Both the position numbers and the translations under genes were made by a program. Below the pieces are notes generated by a model. It saw only the letters and a list, made by a program, of their open reading frames with translations, did not search any database and was not told the DNA's origin. A stretch of DNA of 64,000 bases from a bacterium (GTDB lineage: Bacteria; RBG-13-61-14; DATKZS01), in NCBI GenBank assembly GCA_963674965.2, contig CAXXFL010000001.1, positions 1,120,001 to 1,184,000 of the forward strand. Direction: 5' to 3'. Positions 28,909-37,700 of the stretch are shown here, piece after piece; position 1 is the first letter of the stretch; every line of letters starts with the position of its first letter.

Positions 28909-29502
28909 TCAGTCGTCCGAGGGCGCGCCGCCTTGGTTTTTATCGGTGGGGTCGTGGGCCTTGGCGTCACCCGATAGAAGCGCGCTCGCCCTAATTTCCT
29001 CGGGAGTCATGCCCGCCCTGGCGGCCCTGGCGGCCAGTTGAAGCCGCTCGAAAAATACCATGGCCTCTTTGACGTTGACCTGGCCGGATATCTTCACCCC
29101 CCGGGAGGAAAGGATAAAGAAGCTGCGGGGCCAGGCGTACCAGGTCATGAAACAAAAAAGACTGAGAACGATGGCGACCACGCCCCCGTAACGCGCTATG
29201 GGAAAAAAGAACATGACCCCGCCGGCCACGGCGAAGGAAAGGGAGGCCAGGAGCACTATGGGTCTTTTGCCGGTGCCAATAATAAAGGAGTCGAACTCGG
29301 TAAGGGGAAAGGCCGCGGCCATGGCGCCCCTCATAAGGGATAGGTGGGGCCCCAGCGCCCCGGTATAGCCGTTGACCAGGACCCGGTGGTCGGTAAGCGA
29401 TATCTCGCATGGCCGGGAAAGGGCAAAAAAGGGCAGCCTGTCTATTACCTTCTCTCCCGGCAAAAGACAATTCTCCGGCCGCGTTTCCTTGGGATTTCTC
29501 AT
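28909..29502 (-). CDS. Hypothetical membrane protein
   Basis: 197-aa ORF with two TM helices, co-oriented with the upstream gene. Confidence 0.6.
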   Translation of the reverse strand: MRNPKETRPENCLLPGEKVIDRLPFFALSRPCEISLTDHRVLVNGYTGALGPHLSLMRGAMAAAFPLTEFDSFIIGTGKRPIVLLASLSFAVAGGVMFFFPIARYGGVVAIVLSLFCFMTWYAWPRSFFILSSRGVKISGQVNVKEAMVFFERLQLAARAARAGMTPEEIRASALLSGDAKAHDPTDKNQGGAPSDD

Positions 29503-29517
29503 TTTATGAATTAACCG

Positions 29518-30099
29518 TTACTTGAGAGTGGCCTTGAGCTTGGCTTTGCCATCCTCGACGACCACCTTGAAGCGCACCTGTTTTCCCTTGTATTTCTCCT
29601 GGATGGCGGGCGCCTGTTTTCTGATGCTTTCGGCCAGCTTGTCCTTGGACACGTTGGTGGACTGGTTCAGTTGTTTTCTCGCCTCGACGAAGGCGTTATA
29701 AACCTCGTCAATATGGTCGTCCGATATGCCGCCTTTTTCCTTCCCGCGGGGAGGCGGAGGGGTCCTGCCCGGCTCGGACATCGAGTCGGACTGCGCCCTT
29801 AAGTTGGCCTTGAAGCGGTCGCGGAAATAAGTGCCGGCCTCGATCTGCTGAAGCGTCCGGTTCCAGTGCTGGTTATAGGCGTTGAACTTGGCCACTATCT
29901 GCTGGAAGCGGAACCTCAGTCTGGTATTGGTAATATTGATATTGCTCAGCCGCCGGATGTAGTACTGCACCGAGGTCCGCTCCTGGAGGGGGGCCCTCTT
30001 TCGGCTTCCCATGAAATACTGCTCGAACCAGTTGCGGAGGTCGTCGACCCTTTTCTCGAGGGCCGAAAGTATTTCCTCGTTGATTTCTTCATTCGCCAT
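29518..30099 (-). CDS. MXAN_5187 C-terminal-domain-like protein
   Basis: EQYFMG....P, NT.LRFRF, W...L.QIE.GTY and V.FKVVVEDGKAKLKA pattern recalled from deltaproteobacterial proteins. Confidence 0.75.
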   Translation of the reverse strand: MANEEINEEILSALEKRVDDLRNWFEQYFMGSRKRAPLQERTSVQYYIRRLSNINITNTRLRFRFQQIVAKFNAYNQHWNRTLQQIEAGTYFRDRFKANLRAQSDSMSEPGRTPPPPRGKEKGGISDDHIDEVYNAFVEARKQLNQSTNVSKDKLAESIRKQAPAIQEKYKGKQVRFKVVVEDGKAKLKATLK

Positions 30100-30203
30100 T
30101 TCAGTATCTCCCGGCGCGGCGTCCCTAAAGTTATTATTATCGCCCAAACCGATTCGGTTGTAAAGCCCGGAGACGGGAGAAATATCAGAGGGCCTCCACG
30201 TTT

Positions 30204-32882
30204 TTACATGGGCTTAAGAAGCAAAAGCGACTCGGCCTCCTCCTCGATCTTTTCCGGGCGCTTCTCCGCCCGCATATACTGGCCGTTGTACCACAGGGTA
30301 TGCATGTCCCGGTAATGGGGGGAAAGCCACTGTCCGCTTTCGGACCCGTCGATGACCAAAAGCGCGTCGTCTGGAGCGCTCATGTCGATAATATGGCGCA
30401 TTACCGGACCGCCCATACAGTGGTAACGGCCCTTGCCTACCCCGCCAAAGCTGCTGGCGTTCCTTACCGTGTTGTTCGCCCCGGGATGGGGAAAAGGACC
30501 GACGCTCATCTCCTTGAGCGCCTTGAAGCCCATGGGATGGTACCATTTAATCGTGTGTAGCTTGCCCCACTGCCACGTTTCCATGTCCCATCCCTGGACC
30601 TTGGTCAGCCAATTGACGGCTTCCTCGAGGCATGCCACCAGCAGGTCGTCCCGGTCCTCGACCTTGTTTGGCGTGCGCTTGTCGTCGAAGAACTCGCTCT
30701 CTCCCTCGATAACCCACATCTCGACCGCGTGGTTGGCGCGTCCCTTTATAAACTCGTTGTAGTCCTTGCGCTTGAACTCGTCACGCAGGGTCTTGTCGGC
30801 CATGTAATGAATGGCGTCGTAAAATATGGCCGCCGCCGCGCTGTCGATTGTGGCCTCATAGTTCCACTCGCCGAGTATTTTCGCGGCCATTCTGACCCTG
30901 TCGTTCGCGGGGACCTTTTTTTCCACCGCCGCCAGGAAAAGAGGGACCAGGACCTCGGCCTCCTTCGAGTAGACGTCGTTTTGGATACGGCGCATGTCGT
31001 CGATCGAGATGGGCTTAAGCTCGTTCAGTAGCTCCTCGATGCGCCATGAGCGCCAGCCGGGCGCGTAGTTGCTCGCGAAAAAATATGGGTACCACTCCGC
31101 GTCGACCACCTCGTTGTTGGCCGTGGCCATGTAGCCCCGGGCCGGGTCCATGGCTTGAGGGACCTCCTCGAGGGGCACGAAGCCAGCCCAGTCGTAATCG
31201 CCGCTCGCTCCGGGGGAGGGCAAGGCGCCGATGCCCTTTTTCCGGATGGGCATGAGACCGCCCGGCAGCCAGGCGATATGGCCGTCGGCGTCGGCCGCGA
31301 CCCAGTTCATGTTCAGGATGACGTTGTGCTTCATGCCCTCGATGAAGTCGCCCATGCCCTGGCCCTTCATCCAGTAGTTATACATCATCCCCTCGTTCAT
31401 GATGGGGATAGAGGGGTCCATTTTATCCAGCTCCGCCTGGTACTCCTCGGGCGTGGCGCAGGAAATGAGTTTCTCGAACATGTCCGGGTCTCGCGAGAAG
31501 TCCCAGCCGACCCACCTCAGCGCCATGGGAGGCGTGTCCTTCGGGAGGTCGGGCATGACGTCGTTGATTATCGGGCCGTGAACGCTGTGCCTGACCTTGA
31601 TCTTCATCGTCTTGTAGCGATGGTCAGGGCCATACTGAACCACGCCCGGCCTGATCCGGATGGTTTCCTCCCGGACCGTGAAGTCGCGCCACTCGCCCTT
31701 GTATAGATACTGGCCGGGCCTTTTCGGGTCCACCGTCTCGACGTAAATGTCCTCGGTGTCGCCCATGGTCACGGTCGCGCCCCAGCTCAGCTTCCTCGTG
31801 TGTCCCATTACTATGTAGGGCTGGCCGGGAAAAGCCACGCCATAGGCGTCGATGCCAGCGCCCTTCAGATGCATCACGTAGCACAATGACGGCTCGATAT
31901 GCACCAGGTGAGGGTCGTTCGCAAGCATGGCCGTTCCCGTCTCGGTCATGGACGGTCCAACCACCCAGTTGTTCGAGGCCTCGCGGTTTGGGAACATGGC
32001 CGCTCCTCGGAAGGCCTCGTCGGTCATGGCGACCATGGCCGCGGCCTCGGCGGTCAGGTCCCCCAGTTCCTTCATTGGATCGCCGGATATGGAAGGGTCG
32101 GGCCTCCCGCCCGGCGGGAGGGCCTTGGGCTCGGAAAGCCGGTTCTTCAGCATCTCCGGGGGAAGCACCGTGGGGCCGACCGATTTATGCAGAGGCAGCA
32201 GCTTCCAGGCCATGTCCTCCCCGTAGTTCCTGGCCACGGCGTAGCGGAAAAGCTCGTCCTCCATGTTGGCCGTCAGCATAAAGCCGTAAAAACGGCTGAG
32301 TGATACTATGTCCTCCGGCACGAAATGGTCCGGCTCGAGGTACAAGACCTGAAACTCGATGGGAAGCCGGTTCCGGTTCTGGTCGATAAAGGCGTTGATC
32401 CCCTCGCAAAAGGCCCGCATCTGGCCCAGTATCTCGGGCTGGCGCTCGGCCAGAAGCATGGCGCCGCCTTTTCCGAGCCAGTTCATGCCCAGAACGCGCT
32501 GCATCTTGTCCATGCCGTAGGTGCTAAGCTCCATGCCCATGACCGTCCGGCCGGGAAGGCCCACGTTGCCGAAAATTTCGCACAACCTGCCCGTGGCCAC
32601 GGCGCGGAAAAGATACATCTCCCAGAGCCTGTCCTGGGCCTGGACGTAGCCGTTGGCGAAGAAGAGGTCGTGCTCGTCCTCCGTGAAGATATGTGGTACT
32701 CCGTATTTATCTCGGCAGACCCGGACCTCGCCGTTGAGCCCGTCCATCCTCAGGGTCCCGTCCACCTGGGGCAAAGTGGGGGCCATTTCATAGCGCGGCA
32801 TGGGCCGTATGGCGCAGCTTACCAGGACCATAAGCCCGAAGGCCGGCAATAGTCTTTTCCAGGTCAGTTTCACTTTATCCAT
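30204..32882 (-). CDS. Penicillin acylase / peptidase S45 family lipoprotein (paralog 2)
   Basis: Lipobox LVSC; GVPHIF, AQDRLWEM, ASNNW, NDPHL and GSESGQWLSPHYRD motifs. Confidence 0.93.
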   Translation of the reverse strand: MDKVKLTWKRLLPAFGLMVLVSCAIRPMPRYEMAPTLPQVDGTLRMDGLNGEVRVCRDKYGVPHIFTEDEHDLFFANGYVQAQDRLWEMYLFRAVATGRLCEIFGNVGLPGRTVMGMELSTYGMDKMQRVLGMNWLGKGGAMLLAERQPEILGQMRAFCEGINAFIDQNRNRLPIEFQVLYLEPDHFVPEDIVSLSRFYGFMLTANMEDELFRYAVARNYGEDMAWKLLPLHKSVGPTVLPPEMLKNRLSEPKALPPGGRPDPSISGDPMKELGDLTAEAAAMVAMTDEAFRGAAMFPNREASNNWVVGPSMTETGTAMLANDPHLVHIEPSLCYVMHLKGAGIDAYGVAFPGQPYIVMGHTRKLSWGATVTMGDTEDIYVETVDPKRPGQYLYKGEWRDFTVREETIRIRPGVVQYGPDHRYKTMKIKVRHSVHGPIINDVMPDLPKDTPPMALRWVGWDFSRDPDMFEKLISCATPEEYQAELDKMDPSIPIMNEGMMYNYWMKGQGMGDFIEGMKHNVILNMNWVAADADGHIAWLPGGLMPIRKKGIGALPSPGASGDYDWAGFVPLEEVPQAMDPARGYMATANNEVVDAEWYPYFFASNYAPGWRSWRIEELLNELKPISIDDMRRIQNDVYSKEAEVLVPLFLAAVEKKVPANDRVRMAAKILGEWNYEATIDSAAAAIFYDAIHYMADKTLRDEFKRKDYNEFIKGRANHAVEMWVIEGESEFFDDKRTPNKVEDRDDLLVACLEEAVNWLTKVQGWDMETWQWGKLHTIKWYHPMGFKALKEMSVGPFPHPGANNTVRNASSFGGVGKGRYHCMGGPVMRHIIDMSAPDDALLVIDGSESGQWLSPHYRDMHTLWYNGQYMRAEKRPEKIEEEAESLLLLKPM

Positions 32883-32996
32883 CCTTCGCCTCCCTTTAGC
32901 GATATTGACTGAGCTATCCCGATGGTATAACAATAGTTATGTCCGTAATTGAACGGCCGGTAGACAGGTTCACTAGCTTATCAAGGAGGATATGGC

Positions 32997-34718
32997 ATGG
33001 CAAGGCCGGAAAAACTCTCCGGAGTAAAAACCGCAAAAAACAAGCTTCCCACCATCGGCGTATTCGCGGTTTGCGATCCCCGCATCGACCGGGCCTCGAG
33101 GAAACGGGCCCAGAACATCGTGTCCATGGCGGCCGAGAAGATATCGGCCAAGCTCCAGGCCCCCGACGGTAAGCGGCCGCGCGTCGTCTGGACCGACGTT
33201 CTCGTCGACGGCGAGACCCAGGCCGACCAGGTTGCCCGGGGCTTCAAGGGGGAGGGCGTATCGATCCTGGTCTGCGCGCCCGACACCTGGGCCTTTCCGC
33301 AGCTTGGTCTTCTTTCGCTCCTTTCTCACTTCCCGGCGGACGTTCCTCTCAACCTAACGTGCGGCAACTCGGGGCCCAAGCCGGGGGTCGTGTTCACCCA
33401 CGCGGCCAACGGGGCCCTGGCTCAATCGGGCCGCCTGGCCCATATCAACGTGGGCAACTGGCCGGACGAGGGATTAAGCCCCGTCATGAGCGACCCCACC
33501 GCCGAGGCCTTGGTGGACTGGTGCTACGCCGCGTTGACCTTCCAGGGCCTGAAGGGCAGGCGGGTCGCCGTCTTCGGACACGACTCGATGGGCATGGAGA
33601 CGGCGCTGGCCCACGTCATTCAGACCAGGAACGCCTTCGGGCTCGAGATCACCCGCCTTGACATGAAGCTCCTGGCCGACATGCTCGGGAAAGGGGCCTA
33701 CAAAAAGGCCGAGCTTCGCGAACTCCGACGCTGGATCGACCGCCACCTGGGCAAGCGTCTCGAGCTCCGGAGCAAGGCCGACTCGGATCGTTTCGATAAA
33801 AGCCTGGCCATGTACCTGATCACGATGGACTTGATGGCCGACCTTGACGCGGTCGGCGGCGGCTTCATGAGCCAGCTCGAGTGGGGCTCGGACAAGCGCG
33901 GCCTTCCACTTCCGGTGGCCGACGCCATGGAGAGCCTTTTCAACTCGAGCTTCGACCACCGCGGCAAAAAGCCCATCCTGCCCTACGCCACCGAGGCCGA
34001 CGCGCAGGGTCTTTTGACCATGCTTTTTTTCACCTGGCTTTCCGGCGGGGCCCCGCCTCTTTTCATGGACTTCAGGAAGGTATGGGAGGCCTGGGAGATA
34101 ACCGAGTTGGCCTCCCGCCTTGGCCTTAAAGACTTGAAGGGCGACAGGATTTGGGAGCGCAAGGGTCTGGTGGACGGCGACAACTCGGGAAGCGCCAGTT
34201 TCGACTGGGCGGGCAAGCCGGGGGAGAAGCCCGAGGTCCTTATGCAAAGGGTCTCGATGCCCCTGGCGGACAGGGACTATTTCCCTGGACTTGGCAACTC
34301 GGTCACCTTCGTCACGCCCGGCGGCATAAACGGCATCGCCGGCCGTCTTTCCTTCAGCGTCCTTTCCGGCATGTTCGGGATGGTCTGGGACGAGGCCTGC
34401 ACCGTGGACCTGCCCGCCAAGCTGGAGAAGGCCGTATGCCAGGCCTCGACGCCAACCTGGCCCCACACCTTCGTGGTCCCCAAGTACGCCTCGATGCTCG
34501 AGTACAAGCAATACGCGCCGGCCAACCATTTGCACATGACCTGGAACTTAAAGCCGGCCCGTCTTCAGTACTGGATGGACATGGCCAACGTTTTGTCGGT
34601 TACTCCCTGGCGGGAGCGGCCCGCCTTCGTCGAGGGGACCGACCGCCCTCTTCCCCTGCTTTACCTCATCAACGGGGGGGAGGACGCCGCGAAGATTATG
34701 AAGGCAAAAAGCGGATAA
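32997..34718 (+). CDS. L-fucose/D-arabinose isomerase family protein
   Basis: NSSFD..G.....ATEAD, FMDFRK, NSGSA, YFPG.G.S and ANH motifs; the metal-ligand Glu/Asp/His of FucI appear conserved. Confidence 0.85.
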   Translation: MARPEKLSGVKTAKNKLPTIGVFAVCDPRIDRASRKRAQNIVSMAAEKISAKLQAPDGKRPRVVWTDVLVDGETQADQVARGFKGEGVSILVCAPDTWAFPQLGLLSLLSHFPADVPLNLTCGNSGPKPGVVFTHAANGALAQSGRLAHINVGNWPDEGLSPVMSDPTAEALVDWCYAALTFQGLKGRRVAVFGHDSMGMETALAHVIQTRNAFGLEITRLDMKLLADMLGKGAYKKAELRELRRWIDRHLGKRLELRSKADSDRFDKSLAMYLITMDLMADLDAVGGGFMSQLEWGSDKRGLPLPVADAMESLFNSSFDHRGKKPILPYATEADAQGLLTMLFFTWLSGGAPPLFMDFRKVWEAWEITELASRLGLKDLKGDRIWERKGLVDGDNSGSASFDWAGKPGEKPEVLMQRVSMPLADRDYFPGLGNSVTFVTPGGINGIAGRLSFSVLSGMFGMVWDEACTVDLPAKLEKAVCQASTPTWPHTFVVPKYASMLEYKQYAPANHLHMTWNLKPARLQYWMDMANVLSVTPWRERPAFVEGTDRPLPLLYLINGGEDAAKIMKAKSG

Positions 34719-34731
34719 TCCCGTCTCGATG

Positions 34732-34763
34732 AAAAAAAGGGCGCGGAAACTTCCGCGCCCTTT
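34732..34763. terminator. Bidirectional terminator
   Basis: AAAAAAAGGGCGCGGAA-AC-TTCCGCGCCCTTT between convergent genes. Confidence 0.8.
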
Positions 34764-34784
34764 CCGTTTGGTTGTTGCTTTCCT

Positions 34785-37700
34785 TTACTGGCCCGTAATA
34801 AGGACCAGCTTATCTCTCACGATGGGGTTGGCGAAACGTCCCTTTCCGCCGGTCCCGCAGCCGACGATTCGGCCTCGCACGTATATCGTGCCCGGCGTGT
34901 CCACCCGGATGACCACGGTGGACCTTCCGCCCGAGGCGATGGGGCCGGACACGTCGTAACGTCCGGTTTGATCCGCTCCCTCGCCCCCGAACACGGTCGC
35001 GGTCCCGGTCGAGCTGTCCCCGTTGATCTCGAAGACCACGTCCATGGCCGCCGTGTAATTGGGCTTGTTGTTGAGCACGCCAACCGTAATCCGCGTCGTC
35101 ATTCCCGTCTCGACGGTAACGGTCGCGTCGCCGACCACCTCGAGGTCCACGGGGATGCTCGGGTTGCCTGAAGTCGAGCTTAGAGTCGCCATGGCCACCA
35201 GGATGTTGAGGTCCAGCGGAGACGTGATCTCGTCCATATCGAGTTCCTGGGAGTCCCCGTTAGGCGGGATGACCCCGGTGTAGGAGGCGGATTTCAAGCC
35301 GATCCGGTTTTTAAGGGCCGGCAGGTCCAGAGGCGACACGAGTCCGTCCGCGCTCAGGGTATTGCCCGAGTCGCCCCAGCAGTAGCATCCCGTTCCGCCC
35401 ACCAGGCTGGTCACCCAGACCTCGGTCCCGTTCCAGTACTCGTGAACGTTCGGGTTAGTGTCGGAGTCGAAGTCCAACAGTCCGTCGGCCGAATAGTTCG
35501 GATCGAGGTTCAGGGCGTGTCCACTCAAGTTGTCGATCTCGAACTTGTCGGGCAGTCCGTCCCCGTCGGTGTCCCAATAGGCCGGGTTGGTCGAGTAGGT
35601 GTTTACCTCGTCGCCGTCGTCCACTCCGTCGTCGTCCGAGTCGGTATCGCATGGGCTGGACTCTCCCGCGTCCACCACGCCGTTGCCGTTCTTATCCTCG
35701 CCGAGCGACGTGCCGTCAATAAGACCGTCGGAGTCGGAGTCGTCAACCAGGGCGTCTAGACAGCTGACCTTCACCGCCTCGATCCAGTCCCTTATCCCGT
35801 CCAGGTCGCTGTCCGCCAGGATGGGGTTGGTACCGTAGAGTGGGGCCTCGTCGCCGTCGCCCAGGGTGTCGCCGTCGGTGTCGGCCGAGCAGGGATCGGT
35901 CTCGACCCCGCTCTCCCAACTGCCGCTAAGGTCCATGTCCTCGCCGGCCTCGCAGAGAAGCGTCGCTCCGTCGTACACCGCCGTGTCGCCGTCGCAAAGC
36001 CCGTCGCCGTCCGTGTCCGGGTCCGAACTGTCCGTGCACCATGCGTCCTCCACGTCGTCCATCAAGCCGTCGCCGTCGAGGTCGAGGCTTACTACCTTCA
36101 GCACAAGGTCGTCACGGTCGGTCAAGGTATTGGAGTTACACGCCGTGGCTGGAGTGCTCCGGCCAAAGGACACCCTTAAGGCCTGCTCGCCTCCCGTCAT
36201 GGCCAGATTGAAGCTTATCGACAGGGTCTCGAGGCCGCCGGCCACGGTACAGTTCATGGTACCGACGCGAGTCCAGCTTGGGGAGGAGGCGGAGGGCGAA
36301 TGGTAGATATAAGCGACGTCCTTGGTGTACTCCGCGGCGTTGCAGAAGACGCGAGCCTTGACCTGCACCGTACTTCCCGGGAAGAAGGTGTCGCCGGTGA
36401 GGGGCTCGACGATAAAAGCCTCGAGGGACTCGTCCGACCAATAGGACCCGACCGAGCCGTCGGCGCAAGAGCTGACCGTCAACGTGTTCGGCTGATTGGG
36501 CTCGGAGCCTCCCGTTATATTGTCCCTGCTCTGGATAATGTCGCTCGTCACGATGCAGGGGCCGACGCCGGCCTGGCAATAGGGCGCTCCATAGGACCCG
36601 CTGTAAGCCGCTATCTCTCCGTCATCCGCCACGCAAGGATCGGTGCCGTCCTTATACTCGGTAATGTTTCTCCTCGAGTCCCTGTCGTAATCGTCCGCGC
36701 TGTCGCCCGCGGCTATATTGACGCAGGCGTAGCCGTTCTCATAGTAGTCATCCATGCCGTCGCCGTCCGTGTCCTCATCGCAGGGATTGGACCCAAGGCC
36801 GTGCTCGGTAAGGTTTGTAAGTCCGTCCGCGTCGCCGTCAAGGAGGGAGTCGCCAACCAGGATATTGATACAGGCGTAGGAGTTCTCGTACCCGTCCTCC
36901 ATGTCGTCGCCGTCGGTGTCCTCGTTGCACGGGTTCGAACCAAGGCCGGCCTCGGTAATGTTGTCCAGGTCGTCGGTGTCGCCGTCCTGCAGGGAGTCAC
37001 CAACCAGGATGTTGATACAGGCGTAGGTATTCTCGTACCCGTCCTCCATGTTGTCGCCGTCGGTGTCGTCGTTACATGGGTTCGAGCCGAGGCCCATCTC
37101 GGTTATGTTGTTCAGGTCGTCGGTATCGCCGTCCTGCAGGGAGTCACCAACCAGGATGTTGATACAGGCGTAGTCGTACTCGTACCCGTCTTCCATGTTG
37201 TCGCCGTCGGTGTCGTCGTTACATGGGTTCGAGCCAAGGCCGGCCTCGGTAATGTTGTCCAGGTCGTCGGTGTCGCCGTCCTGCAGGGAGTCACCAACCA
37301 GGATGTTGATACAGGCGTAGGTATTCTCGTACCCGTCCTCCATGTTGTCGCCGTCGGTGTCGTCGTTACATGGGTTCGAGCCGAGGCCCATCTCGGTTAT
37401 ATTGTTCAGGTCGTCGGTATCGCCGTCCTGCAGGGAGTCACCAACCAGGATGTTGATACAGGCGTAGTCGTACTCGTACCCGTCTTCCATGTTGTCGCCG
37501 TCGGTGTCATCGTTGCAAGGGTTCGAGCCAAGGCCCATCTCGGTGATGTTGTCAAGATCGTCCGTGTCGCCGTCCTGCAGGGAGTCCCCAACAAGGATGT
37601 TGATACAGGCGTAGTCGTACTCGTAGCCGTCCTCCATGTTGTCGCCGTCGGTGTCGTCATTACACGGGTTCGAGCCGAGGCCCATCTCGGTGATGTTGTC

